DNA from: a virus
Taxonomy: Duplodnaviria > Heunggongvirae > Uroviricota > Caudoviricetes
Virus record (IMG/VR): IMGVR_UViG_2648501437_000030
Direction: 5' to 3' (one strand)
DNA length: 35,867 nucleotides
Shown here: positions 9,614 to 19,194 of the stretch, one piece after another
Layout of the letters: every line of letters begins with the position of its first letter
How positions within the stretch are numbered: the stretch's first letter is position 1
Made by a program: the position numbers and the translations under genes
The notes under the pieces: model-generated
Told to the model about the DNA's origin: nothing
Seen by the model: only the letters and a program-made list of their open reading frames with translations
Databases searched by the model: none

Positions 9614-10007
9614 TCTTTTTTATCGCGTTATGTACTCCCGCTTTATGTTGTCCACGTGGTCGTTTCTGGGGCTGTCGGCAGTGCTTTTTCTGGCGAGCTG
9701 TTTTGCCGGATGGCGGGCGTTTGCGGTCATGGTGTTGGCATATGGCGCGACACTCTGCCTGATTCACAGCTTTCAACTGGGCAATGTGCCTTATCGCTTG
9801 CTACCAAAAAGACGCTATCGACCAGCCTCTCGCCGTATTGTCGTGTGGTCATGGGTGGTCTGGTTCGTCGGGTATTTCATGTTGGTGTTCAGCATCTTTT
9901 TTCTTAAAGAGCTTTATCAACTGGCATTTTTGCTGGGCGGTGTCTGCTGCGCGGCGCTTTATAAACACCAGCGCCGTTTTCATAAGGGGGATTCATGGAC
10001 CCGTTAA
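9597..10007 (+). CDS. Polytopic inner-membrane protein in the lysis cassette (holin or exclusion-type candidate)
   Basis: 136 aa from ATG 9597; several hydrophobic helices (LSTWSFLGLSAVLFLASCFAGW, VVWSWVVWFVGYFMLVFSIFF). Confidence 0.55.
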   Translation: MHRMNSLFYRVMYSRFMLSTWSFLGLSAVLFLASCFAGWRAFAVMVLAYGATLCLIHSFQLGNVPYRLLPKRRYRPASRRIVVWSWVVWFVGYFMLVFSIFFLKELYQLAFLLGGVCCAALYKHQRRFHKGDSWTR

Positions 10008-10603
10008 CCCTTTCAGGCATCGCCTCTGTTCTGCTGAAAGCTGGGCCGGGGCTGATTCGTTCCGTCGGGCGCTGGTTTGGTGGCAGTACATCTGCCGCCG
10101 CTGACTCGGTGGCCGGTATGGTGGAAAGTGTCCGGGAAAGCCTGCCGGTGGCTGAACAGCAACGCATTCTGGAACAAAAACTGGTGATGTTGTCACCGGA
10201 GCAACTGATGCAGCTGGAAACCCTGAAAGTTCAGCTGCAACAGCTGGAGGTGGAACGGCAGAAGCTGGTGCTGGCTGACCAGCAGGCCGCACACCACGAA
10301 CAGCAGGAAACCATCCGCAATGGTGACAACGCCACGGACAGCTATGTGCGCCAGACACGCCCGCTGCTGGCCCGCCTTTCCTGTTACAGCAGTCTGGCCT
10401 ATGTGCTGTTGCTCTCCTGCGGCCAGATTGCCGGAGCCATTGCCGGTGCCAGAGGTATCACGCTGCATATGCCATCACCGGACTGGGATATCACGCTGAT
10501 GTTGCTTACCCCGGCGCTGGGCTATCTCGGTGTAAGAACCCTTGACGGCTTTGCCCGTTACAGCAAATCAAGCCGTCACAAAATGTCTGCGGGGCCGAAA
10601 TGA
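9995..10603 (+). CDS. Membrane protein with central coiled coil and C-terminal hydrophobic helices (3TM-holin-like)
   Basis: 202 aa, RBS AAGGGGG; coiled-coil QLMQLETLKVQLQQLEVERQKL; C-terminal TM segments. Confidence 0.55.
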   Translation: MDPLTLSGIASVLLKAGPGLIRSVGRWFGGSTSAAADSVAGMVESVRESLPVAEQQRILEQKLVMLSPEQLMQLETLKVQLQQLEVERQKLVLADQQAAHHEQQETIRNGDNATDSYVRQTRPLLARLSCYSSLAYVLLLSCGQIAGAIAGARGITLHMPSPDWDITLMLLTPALGYLGVRTLDGFARYSKSSRHKMSAGPK

Positions 10604-10827
10604 CCGACGAAATCGATCGCATCAGTGAAGTGGTTCTGAACGAGCGTCAGAGCGTCGTTAAAGCCTGGCAGACACGGACAAAAGAAGCGCCCCACAGCCG
10701 GGGCTTCTGCAATGACTGCGGGAACGTTATTCCGGCACAGCGCCTTGCGGCGCTGCCGGATGTGGTGACCTGTATTGACTGTCAGCAGATGCGGGAACGC
10801 AGGAGGAAAACGTGTCCTGGGAAATGA
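10600..10827 (+). CDS. TraR/DksA-type C4 zinc-finger protein
   Basis: 75 aa; CNDCGNVIPAQRLAALPDVVTCIDCQ four-cysteine zinc ribbon. Confidence 0.7.
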   Translation: MTDEIDRISEVVLNERQSVVKAWQTRTKEAPHSRGFCNDCGNVIPAQRLAALPDVVTCIDCQQMRERRRKTCPGK

Positions 10828-11117
10828 TCAGAGCCAACTGGCCCATTTTGTGGGCATTGCTGATGACAGGAATAAACCTGCTTCAGCTGATTCTGGCGAA
10901 AACCTACGTCAAACGTGAAGAGTTTGATTCACTCCGTTCCCGCGTGTCGGTGATGGAAAGCCAGGTACACCATTTACCCGACCGTGATGAGTTCCACCGT
11001 CTGCAACTGGATATCAGCAACCTGCGGGGAGAAATCAAAGAGCTGGGGCCATCCATCCGCCAGGTATCCCGCATCAGCGATTTGTTATTAGAGAACGAGT
11101 TAAAGGAAAAAAATTAA
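10812..11117 (+). CDS. Membrane-anchored coiled-coil protein (Mu-like DUF2730-type)
   Basis: 101 aa; N-terminal TM helix then coiled coil; conserved position before the packaging genes. Confidence 0.55.
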   Translation: MSWEMIRANWPILWALLMTGINLLQLILAKTYVKREEFDSLRSRVSVMESQVHHLPDRDEFHRLQLDISNLRGEIKELGPSIRQVSRISDLLLENELKEKN

Positions 11118-11410
11118 TGGCGATGAAAGAGATCCTCACTGAAGACCGTCGTCTGGTGTTGCTGCGTTCCCTGCTGGACTGTGGCGACAGCGCGAATGAA
11201 TCCGTGTTGCAGACCTGCCTTCAGGCTTACGGTCATAAGGTATCCCGTGATGTGGTGCGCACCCAGCTTGCATGGCTTCGCGAGCAGGGGTTGGTTCGTC
11301 TGTCTGATGTGGGCGGCTGTTACGTGGCTGAAATCACCGGCAGCGGCGAGGATGTGGCAAACGGCCTGTCCAGCGTTCCGGGCGTTAAAAAACCCCGTGC
11401 GAGGGACTGA
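11117..11410 (+). CDS. Hypothetical protein, possible winged-helix
   Basis: 97 aa ORF upstream of the packaging genes. Confidence 0.55.
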   Translation: MAMKEILTEDRRLVLLRSLLDCGDSANESVLQTCLQAYGHKVSRDVVRTQLAWLREQGLVRLSDVGGCYVAEITGSGEDVANGLSSVPGVKKPRARD

Positions 11411-11412
11411 GC

Positions 11413-11712
11413 ATGGCCCGAAAACTGAAGCCGTTAAGTCGCGGAGAACGGGCCGTCGTGCGGCAGCTGGCGTACTGCCTTGTGCTGGCAGATATTGAGC
11501 AAAAGGCCATTGCCTGTGCATACGAACAACAGACCGGAAAGCCCTGGAACCCGGATGCACCGGATACCCCCATGAAACGTGCCCTGCGTTCATCACCGGC
11601 ATGTGCGCGGCTGTGGAAGCTGCTGGGTAAGGATATCCGCTCCGTTCGCGAAGAAATATACGCCGGTCTGAAAACACCGGGAACTGAAGACGGGGGCCGT
11701 CGTGAACCGTAA
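11413..11712 (+). CDS. Hypothetical protein
   Basis: 99 aa ORF tightly linked (3-nt gap) to the upstream gene. Confidence 0.5.
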   Translation: MARKLKPLSRGERAVVRQLAYCLVLADIEQKAIACAYEQQTGKPWNPDAPDTPMKRALRSSPACARLWKLLGKDIRSVREEIYAGLKTPGTEDGGRREP

Positions 11713-11849
11713 AAAGAATCCGATAAGTAAAGCGTCCCGTGATGAACTCCGCCGTCTGGCGCACAACCTGACATGGCGTGAAATCCAGAGTGGCGCGCTG
11801 AAATCTGCATACGAAAGTTCACAGCGTAGTGAGCAACAGGAGGGCACAC

Positions 11850-12431
11850 ATGGAAAATGAACAACGCCCCACCCGTGGCCGTCTTTCCAAAGTGGATTTA
11901 CTCCCGGACAGCATCCGGGAGCAGTTGCATCAGATGCTGCGGGAAAAGCGGCACACGCAGGAAGAAATCCGCGAAGCCATCAATGCCCTGATTGACGAAC
12001 ATAACCTGCCGGAAGAGATGCAGTTAAGCCGGACGGGCTTAAACCGCTACGCCATCCGCATGGAAAAAGTCGGGGCCAAAATCCGCGCCTCCCGCGAAAT
12101 GGCCGAAGTCTGGGCGGCAAAGCTGGGTTCTGCGCCGACGTCTGACGTCGGCAAGCTGCTGATGGAGTTTGTAAAAACGCTGGCCTTTGAAACGTCCATG
12201 TCGATGGCAGAAGACGACAAGCCAGTTGCACCGAAAGCGCTGGGGCAACTGGCGCTGGTTGCCCAGCGTCTGGAAGCGGCAGCCATGACCAGCCATAAAC
12301 GCGAGAAAGCGATCCGCGATGCGTTTGCGCAGGAGATGGCAGAGAAAACCGAAGAACTGGTCAGAACGGGCGGTCTGTCAGGCGGTACGGCTGACACCAT
12401 CAAACGAGACATTCTGGGGATTAGCGTATGA
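11850..12431 (+). CDS. Mu gp27-like terminase small-subunit candidate
   Basis: About 193 aa from ATG 11850 (RBS CAGGAGGG); overlaps the start of the large terminase gene. Confidence 0.65.
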   Translation: MENEQRPTRGRLSKVDLLPDSIREQLHQMLREKRHTQEEIREAINALIDEHNLPEEMQLSRTGLNRYAIRMEKVGAKIRASREMAEVWAAKLGSAPTSDVGKLLMEFVKTLAFETSMSMAEDDKPVAPKALGQLALVAQRLEAAAMTSHKREKAIRDAFAQEMAEKTEELVRTGGLSGGTADTIKRDILGISV

Positions 12432-13963
12432 CACAGATGAACACGTTCAGTGAATACGATGTTCTGCTGCCGTATCAGAAACGCTGGGTGGCGGATGATG
12501 CCGACCTGAAAATTGCCGAGAAATCCCGCCGTACCGGTTTAACCTGGGCGGAGGCGGCAGATGCGGCACTGACGGCATCGCTGAAGAAGGAAGACGGCGG
12601 GCGCGATCACTTTTATATCGGTTCGAATAAGGAGATGGCCCGCGAATTTATCGACGCTGTGGCGATGTGGGCGAAAGCGTTTAATGCGGCAGCGGAAGAA
12701 ATCTGCGAGGAAGTGATCACCGACGAAGACAAGGACATTCTGACGTTCGTCGTGTACTTCGCCAGCGGTTTTAAGGTCAAGGCACTGTCCAGCAACCCGA
12801 GCAACATTCGCGGGATGCAGGGGAATGTCACCATCGACGAGGCCGCGTTCCATGAAAAACTGGACGAGCTGCTGAAGGCTGTGCTGCCGCTGAAAACATG
12901 GGGCGGCAAAATTCGCCTTATTTCCACCCATGACGGCGTGGACAACCTGTTCAACCAGCTGATCCAGGAAAGCCGCGCGGGCAAAAAAGATTACAGCATT
13001 CACACCATCACGCTGGACGACGCCTGCAATGACGGGCTGTACCGACGTATCTGTCAGGTGCGCGGCATGGTGTGGTCACCGGAAGCCGAGGCGGAATGGA
13101 AAGAAGGTCTGCTGCGAAATACCGCCACCCGCGAAGACGCACTGGAGGAATATTACTGCGTCCCGAAAAACGGCGGCGGCACGTATATTCCCCGCTCACT
13201 GCGTGAACGTGCGGCCCGTGGCACCGGAAAAGTGCTGCGCTTTACCGGCACACCGGAATTTAACGCACTGACGGAAAGTCAGCGCCGGGCAGATATCCGG
13301 GAATGGCTGGAAACAGTGGTGCGCCCCGAGCTGGAAAAACTCCCGAAGAACCTGCGCCACTGTCTGGGGGAAGACTTTGCGCGTTCGGGTGACCTGACCG
13401 TACTGGCCCCGGTGACGGTGAACGACGACACCACCCGCCAGGTGCCGTTCCTGGTTGAGCTTGCCAATGTGCCGTTTAAACAGCAGGAACAGGTGCTGTT
13501 CTGGCTTTGCGATCGTCTGCCCCGTCGTGACGGTATCAAAATGGATGCGCGGGGGAATGGTCAGTATCTGGCAGAACAGGCGGCAGAGCGGTACGGCGAT
13601 GAAGTGGAACAGGTGATGCTGTCCGTGGCGTTCTACCGCGAAAACATGCCCCGTTTCCGTGCGGCGTTTGAAGATGATGAGTTGATCCTTCCGAAGCATG
13701 AAGACGTGATCAATGACCTCGGGGCCATTCAGTTGCTGCGTGGCGTTCCAGGCATTGATGATTCACGAACCAAAGGCAGCGACGGCCACAAACGTCACGG
13801 CGACGCCGCTGTGGCCATTTTCCTGGGCTTCCTTGCCAGCAAGGATGACAGCCACCGTTACGAACTGCACCGCCTGAACCGCCCGGCGAAACCGGAAGAA
13901 CGCAACGCGCGCCGCCAGATGAAGCTGACGCGCGGCCTGAAAAATGAGGGAGGTTTACTGTGA
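12428..13963 (+). CDS. Terminase large subunit (Mu gp28-like)
   Basis: 511 aa; conserved position and size; stop overlaps the portal start. Confidence 0.85.
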   Translation: MTQMNTFSEYDVLLPYQKRWVADDADLKIAEKSRRTGLTWAEAADAALTASLKKEDGGRDHFYIGSNKEMAREFIDAVAMWAKAFNAAAEEICEEVITDEDKDILTFVVYFASGFKVKALSSNPSNIRGMQGNVTIDEAAFHEKLDELLKAVLPLKTWGGKIRLISTHDGVDNLFNQLIQESRAGKKDYSIHTITLDDACNDGLYRRICQVRGMVWSPEAEAEWKEGLLRNTATREDALEEYYCVPKNGGGTYIPRSLRERAARGTGKVLRFTGTPEFNALTESQRRADIREWLETVVRPELEKLPKNLRHCLGEDFARSGDLTVLAPVTVNDDTTRQVPFLVELANVPFKQQEQVLFWLCDRLPRRDGIKMDARGNGQYLAEQAAERYGDEVEQVMLSVAFYRENMPRFRAAFEDDELILPKHEDVINDLGAIQLLRGVPGIDDSRTKGSDGHKRHGDAAVAIFLGFLASKDDSHRYELHRLNRPAKPEERNARRQMKLTRGLKNEGGLL

Positions 13964-15531
13964 ACCTGAAACAACTGGCCGGGGCCGTTCGCCGTCTGCT
14001 GAACCCGGCAACCGGTGAGGAAGACACGCTGAAAAAAGAGGCGCTCAACGAAGCACAGGCCCGTCCGCGTCATGCCGGTGTGCGTTCGGCCTCGCCGGGT
14101 ATCAGCGTCGCCTCCGGGCTGAACCCCGGCAGGCTGGCAGGCATTCTGCGCAATGCTACTGACGGCATCACGCGTGATTTTTTTATCCTTGCTGAAGAGA
14201 TGGAAGAACGCGATTTGCATTACGCCTCGGTACTGCGCACCCGCAAGCTGACGGTGGCGGGTATCGAACCGGTGGTGGTGGCCGCCAGTGATGACGATGC
14301 TGACGTGCAACTGGCGGACGCCATCCGTGCACTGATGGAGGCACCGCAAATCCCTGAGCTGATGTTTGATCTGCTCGACGGGCTGGGAAAAGGCGTGGCG
14401 GTCTGTGAAATTTTGTGGAACACCCGCAACAACCACTGGGTGCCCCGTGATTATGAGTGGGTTGATCCCCGTTTTCTGAAAGCCGAAAAACCCACGCTGC
14501 GCCAGTTCCGCCTGCTGACGGACGATGAACCGGTGGATGGCGTACCGCTGACACCGGGAAAATTCATTGTTCACCAGCCGCGCCTGAAATCCGGTTTGCC
14601 GTTGCGTAACGGTCTGGCCCGTCTGGTGGCGGTGATGTATATGCTGAAATCCTTTACCGTGCGCGACTGGTGGGCATTTGCGGAAAAATTCGGCATTCCG
14701 GTCACGGTGGGGAAATACGGTCCCAACGCCACGGAGGAACAAATCCGCGTGCTGATTGATGCGATTGCGTCCATTGCCTCGGATGCCGGGTGTGCCATTC
14801 CGCAGTCCATGCAACTGGAGATGCAGGAAACCGCCAGCCGGAATAACGGCGGCGCACTGTTCCGTGAAATGGCGGAATGGTGTGATGCGCAAATCAGTAA
14901 GGCTGTGCTGGGGCAGACCATGACCACGGATAACGGCAGTTCGCGTTCACAGGCGGACGTGCACAATCAGGTGCGCATGGACATTGTGCGCTGGGACGCG
15001 CGGCAGCTGGCTAACACGCTGAATGAATATCTGGTGCGGCCCTACATCGAGGCCAACTACGGGCCACAGGCGCACTACCCCCGTGTTGTTCTGCGTATCA
15101 GTGAAGCGGAAGATCTGAAGGCGCTGACAGATGCTCTGGTGCCGCTGATTGACCGGGGGATGCGGGTTCAGGAATCGGAGCTGCGGGACCGGTTCGGCCT
15201 GGCTGAACCGGACGACGGGGCTGATGTTCTGCATCCGGTGTCTGCCGGAATGTCAGGTGATGTGGCGATGAACCGCGAGCGCGTCGCCCTGAACCGGGAA
15301 CACCCCGACGAACTGGCACAGATGGTGGATGATGCCCTGCGTGACTGGCAGAAAACCGGCGAAGCGTTCACGAACCCGGTGCTGACACTGGCGCAGGAAT
15401 GCGACAGTTTTGATGACTTTCTGAAACGCCTGCCTGAGCTTCAGGAAACGCTGAACGCGGACGACTTTGCCCTGCAACTGGCGGAGGTGTGCTTTAAGGC
15501 GCGTGCGCTGGGGGACACTGCTCATGCGTGA
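13960..15531 (+). CDS. Portal protein (Mu gp29-like)
   Basis: 523 aa, GTG start with RBS GAGGGAGG; follows the terminase. Confidence 0.85.
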   Translation: MNLKQLAGAVRRLLNPATGEEDTLKKEALNEAQARPRHAGVRSASPGISVASGLNPGRLAGILRNATDGITRDFFILAEEMEERDLHYASVLRTRKLTVAGIEPVVVAASDDDADVQLADAIRALMEAPQIPELMFDLLDGLGKGVAVCEILWNTRNNHWVPRDYEWVDPRFLKAEKPTLRQFRLLTDDEPVDGVPLTPGKFIVHQPRLKSGLPLRNGLARLVAVMYMLKSFTVRDWWAFAEKFGIPVTVGKYGPNATEEQIRVLIDAIASIASDAGCAIPQSMQLEMQETASRNNGGALFREMAEWCDAQISKAVLGQTMTTDNGSSRSQADVHNQVRMDIVRWDARQLANTLNEYLVRPYIEANYGPQAHYPRVVLRISEAEDLKALTDALVPLIDRGMRVQESELRDRFGLAEPDDGADVLHPVSAGMSGDVAMNRERVALNREHPDELAQMVDDALRDWQKTGEAFTNPVLTLAQECDSFDDFLKRLPELQETLNADDFALQLAEVCFKARALGDTAHA

Positions 15532-16288
15532 AACCCTCATCCCGAAAGAGGCGCTGGCGTGGCTGAAGGCGAAGAAGCTGCGCCCCGGTTTTGATTACCG
15601 GGATGTATGGCGGGAAGAACACCGGAACAGCTTCACCGTGGCAAAAATGCTGCAACTGGATTTGTTGTCGGATGTGAAAGTCCTTGTGGAAGACGCCCTG
15701 CAAAGCGGACAGACGTTCAGCGAGTTCCGGGAGGCGCTGCAACCGCTGCTGATAAAACGCGGATGGTGGGGTGTTCAGGAGATGGATGATCCGCTGACGG
15801 GCGAAACCCGAACCGTACAGCTGGGCAGCGACCGCCGCCTCCGCACGATTTTTGACACCAACATGCGCACTGCCCGCGCGGCGGGCCAGTGGGAACGCAT
15901 TCAGCGAACAAAGCGGGCCATGCCGTATCTGATTTACGAGCTGGGGCCATCCCGCGAGCACCGGGCGGAGCATGTGAAATGGGCGCGTCTGTGTCTGCCG
16001 GTAGATCATCCGTTCTGGCAGACACATTTTGCCCCTAACGGCTGGGGCTGCAAATGCACCATCCGTCAGGTCAGCCGTGGTGAGTATGCGCAACTGGCGG
16101 CACAGGGCACCATTCACACCGAAGCGCCGGAAATCAGAACCGTCCGCTGGGTGAATAAACGCACGGGCGAAGAGGAAGACGTGCCGGAAGGGATTGATCC
16201 GGGCTGGAACTACAACCCCGGCATAAACCGTGAGCAGGAGCTGGCACGCCAGCTGGCAGCCAGACAGGCACGTTTTGACAGTGAATAA
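15524..16288 (+). CDS. Head morphogenesis protein (Mu F / gp30-like)
   Basis: About 254 aa from ATG 15524, overlapping the portal stop. Confidence 0.8.
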   Translation: MRETLIPKEALAWLKAKKLRPGFDYRDVWREEHRNSFTVAKMLQLDLLSDVKVLVEDALQSGQTFSEFREALQPLLIKRGWWGVQEMDDPLTGETRTVQLGSDRRLRTIFDTNMRTARAAGQWERIQRTKRAMPYLIYELGPSREHRAEHVKWARLCLPVDHPFWQTHFAPNGWGCKCTIRQVSRGEYAQLAAQGTIHTEAPEIRTVRWVNKRTGEEEDVPEGIDPGWNYNPGINREQELARQLAARQARFDSE

Positions 16289-16427
16289 CCCTCCCGCCGT
16301 AAATCCCCCTGAAACGCATCAGAAACGCGTTTTTTATTCTGATGGTGTGAATGTGCATTCTGACTTTTTTGAAGGTGCTGTGGCGTTTTTGAAGGGGTTT
16401 TGAAGGGGGGGGGCTTCCCGTTTTCAG

Positions 16428-16453
16428 TGAAGCCGGTAAATCCGGCTTTTTTT
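16428..16453 (+). terminator. Rho-independent terminator before gene I (exact copy of the 8707..8732 element)
   Basis: TGAAGCCGGTAAATCCGGCTTTTTTT identical 26-mer. Confidence 0.65.
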
Positions 16454-16502
16454 CTGCCTTCCGCATACTGACCGTCGGTAACCCCAGACGACGGAGACTG
16501 AC

Positions 16503-17465
16503 ATGAAACCGGAACTGCTGGCGCTGTGTTTTTCCCTGCCAGAACCCATCCCTGAGCTGACACCTGCTCAACTGCCGGAATGGCTTGAACTCGTTCCTGC
16601 GGGTGAGTTCACCGGGCGCGATGGCCGGACGTGGATTAACCGCAATCCGCATGAGGTGGTTGCCCGTTCGTCCGACATCAAAATTCCGGTGGACATTGAA
16701 CACGCCACCGAAATTAAAGGGCAACGCGGTGATGAAGCCCCGGCGTATGGCTGGGTGGAAGAACTGCGGGTGACAGACAGCGGCACCATTGAAGGCCGTG
16801 TTGTCTGGAGCGAATACGCCCGGTGGATGCTGAGCGAGCGCCGCTACCGCTATTACAGCCCGGCGTTTTTCCATGACGCGGAGGGTGTGGTGACGCGCCT
16901 GTCCAGCGTCGGGCTGACCAACAAACCTAATCTGGACTTTCCTGCACTGAATACGGAGAAAAACCCGATGACAGTACCTGTGCAAATCACCGGCCTGCTT
17001 GGGCTGGCTGAATCTGCCACGGTGGACGATACCGTGGCCGCCATTAAACAACTTCAGGAGAACGAACAGGTGGCGCTGAACCGCGCACAGACACCTGACC
17101 TGACGAAGTTTGTACCGGTGGAAACCCACAATCTGGCACTGAACCGTGCCGAAACCGCAGAACAACGCCTTCAGCAACTGGAAGAGAAGGAAGCAGAAGC
17201 GCTTGTGGATGCGGCCATCGAAGCCGGAAAAGTGGCCCCGGCAAACCGTGACATGTTCCTTGCCACCTGCCGCACGGAAGAAGGCCGCAAACAGTTTGCG
17301 GAGTACACCAAAGGTGCACAGCCGCTGGTGAACAACGACAAGCCCAGCCAGGGCAAGGATAAACCCGCGCAGACACTGACCGACGCCGAACTGGCGATGT
17401 GCCGCAGCATGGGTATTACCGGGGAAGAGTTCCTCGCCGCTAAACCTAAACAGGAGAATAACTGA
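16503..17465 (+). CDS. Head protease/scaffold protein (Mu I-like)
   Basis: 320 aa; Mu I-like N-terminal region and coiled-coil C-terminal scaffold part; RBS GGAGAC. Confidence 0.8.
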   Translation: MKPELLALCFSLPEPIPELTPAQLPEWLELVPAGEFTGRDGRTWINRNPHEVVARSSDIKIPVDIEHATEIKGQRGDEAPAYGWVEELRVTDSGTIEGRVVWSEYARWMLSERRYRYYSPAFFHDAEGVVTRLSSVGLTNKPNLDFPALNTEKNPMTVPVQITGLLGLAESATVDDTVAAIKQLQENEQVALNRAQTPDLTKFVPVETHNLALNRAETAEQRLQQLEEKEAEALVDAAIEAGKVAPANRDMFLATCRTEEGRKQFAEYTKGAQPLVNNDKPSQGKDKPAQTLTDAELAMCRSMGITGEEFLAAKPKQENN

Positions 17466-18367
17466 TGGGAGCAGTCACTTCCGAAGTCCTTCACGCGCTG
17501 ACCACCTGTCTGAGCGCCGCTTATACCCGTGGTCTGAGTGGTGTCACCCCACAATGGCAGCGCATCGCCTCTGAAATCCCGAGTTCGTCCGCCTCCAATA
17601 CCTACGGCTGGATGAAAGATTTACCGGAGATTAAGGAATGGGTCAGCGCCCGTCAGATGGCAACGCTGGACGGTTATGGTTACACCCTTGCGAACAAAAC
17701 CTGGGAAAGTTCGATCCGCGTTAAACGCGAACACATTGAAGACGATCAGATTGGTCAGTACAGCATTATCGCTGAACGCTATGGCCGCCAGACATCGGAG
17801 TTCCCGGACAAGCTGTGTTACCCCCTGCTGTGTGCCGGGTTTAACACCCTGTGTTTTGACGGTCAGAACTTCTTTGATGAAGACCACCCGCTGGGCGACG
17901 GCACCTGCAGCAACGTTGTCGGCACCCCGGCATCAGACCAGGGAGAACCGTGGTTCCTGATTGATGATTCTCAGGTACTGAAACCCATCATCTGGCAGAC
18001 GCGACGCGCCTTTAAGTTTGAAGCCCTGGATGATCTGAACAGCGAGCACACCTTCAAGAATAACGAGTTCCTTTACGGGGTGGACGGTCGCTGCAATGCG
18101 GGCTTCGGCTTCTGGCAGACCGCCGTCGGTTCCCGTGCGGCACTGACAGCGGAGAACTACGAGAAGGCCAGCAATCTGCTGCTGGGTATGAAGACCACCA
18201 ACGGTGAACCGCTGGGCATCCGCCCGACCACCCTTGTGGTGGGGCCGAAAAACCGCGCGGCTGCGAAGCGCATCATTGACGCCATGCTGGTAAACGGCGG
18301 CGATTCCAACATCTGGTACAAGGATGTGGATATCGTGGTCAGTCCGTTCATCACCACCCCGGCATAA
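17465..18367 (+). CDS. Major head subunit (Mu T-like)
   Basis: 300 aa, start overlaps I stop (TGATG); followed by strong hairpins. Confidence 0.85.
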   Translation: MGAVTSEVLHALTTCLSAAYTRGLSGVTPQWQRIASEIPSSSASNTYGWMKDLPEIKEWVSARQMATLDGYGYTLANKTWESSIRVKREHIEDDQIGQYSIIAERYGRQTSEFPDKLCYPLLCAGFNTLCFDGQNFFDEDHPLGDGTCSNVVGTPASDQGEPWFLIDDSQVLKPIIWQTRRAFKFEALDDLNSEHTFKNNEFLYGVDGRCNAGFGFWQTAVGSRAALTAENYEKASNLLLGMKTTNGEPLGIRPTTLVVGPKNRAAAKRIIDAMLVNGGDSNIWYKDVDIVVSPFITTPA

Positions 18368-18392
18368 CCCGTCATCCGTAATCTGTAACCCG

Positions 18393-18441
18393 CAGTTAAA
18401 AGGCGCTGTGAATGCCCTTTTAACTGCCTTTTAAAAGGCAG
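18393..18441 (+). terminator. Tandem hairpins after the major head gene
   Basis: CAGTTAAAAGG...CCTTTTAACTG followed by palindromic CTGCCTTTTAAAAGGCAG. Confidence 0.55.
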
Positions 18442-18445
18442 AGTC

Positions 18446-18757
18446 ATGAGTGAAAAAGCAGGAACCAAAGGCGCGAAAGCCGCAAAGAACAGCGCAGCAC
18501 AGGAAAACCCGGCACCGCTGGCAGACGTTATTGTGGCTGACGGTCAGGCGAATGAACCACGTCCGGCTGAAGACCCGGTTACTGTACAGGGTGACGCCCC
18601 TGTCCGGCTGAACGTCCGGGCCGTGTCTGAAAACGGATTCTGGCGCTGTGGCCGTTTCTGGTCACATGCCGGTGAGGATGTGGCGGTGACCGCTGCGGTT
18701 GCCACCCGCCTGATGGCAGAGCCGAATCTGATTGTCCGGGAAGCGGAGAAAGGCTGA
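18446..18757 (+). CDS. Hypothetical head-region protein
   Basis: 103 aa ORF after the major head gene, Ala/Pro-rich N-terminus. Confidence 0.5.
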   Translation: MSEKAGTKGAKAAKNSAAQENPAPLADVIVADGQANEPRPAEDPVTVQGDAPVRLNVRAVSENGFWRCGRFWSHAGEDVAVTAAVATRLMAEPNLIVREAEKG

Positions 18758-19194
18758 TGGGGTATATCACGCAGGAAGACCTGTTACGCGCGGACGGCAA
18801 TCTTGTCTGGAACATGGCGATTAACCGGGAAACCAACGAACTGGATGAAGACAAAATCCGTCAGGCCATCAGTGATGCCGAAGCGGAAATTGATTCGTTT
18901 CTGTCCCGCCGCTACCAGCTGCCGCTGGGGGTGACGGAAATCCCGCGCCCGCTGCAACGCGTGGCGGTATCGCTGGCGTTTTACTGGTTGTCAGAGCGTG
19001 ACAATCAAATCACGGAGCTGATCCAGAAACGCTACGACGACGCCATTAAAACCCTGCGAGAGATGGCGAACGGCACCCGTGACCTGGGTCTGCCAACGTA
19101 TGCCACCCCGGCAGAAACCGACCACGGGAAAATCATTGTGGTGGGAGCCAATGCCCGGCTGTTCACCCGTAACAACCTGAAAGGGGTGCTGTGA
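18757..19194 (+). CDS. Mu gp36-like head-tail region protein
   Basis: 145 aa, conserved position, overlapping start/stop with neighbours. Confidence 0.6.
   Translation: MGYITQEDLLRADGNLVWNMAINRETNELDEDKIRQAISDAEAEIDSFLSRRYQLPLGVTEIPRPLQRVAVSLAFYWLSERDNQITELIQKRYDDAIKTLREMANGTRDLGLPTYATPAETDHGKIIVVGANARLFTRNNLKGVL

Noticed and set aside
16134-17177. Long minus-strand ORFs antisense to phage structural genes (also 13858..14892, 25473..26201, 21752..22498, 11114..11764, 20660..21307)
   Set aside because: They lie fully inside well-supported + strand genes in a uniformly oriented operon, have Arg/Pro/Gly-rich low-complexity translations typical of antisense frames in GC-rich DNA, and lack RBS context.
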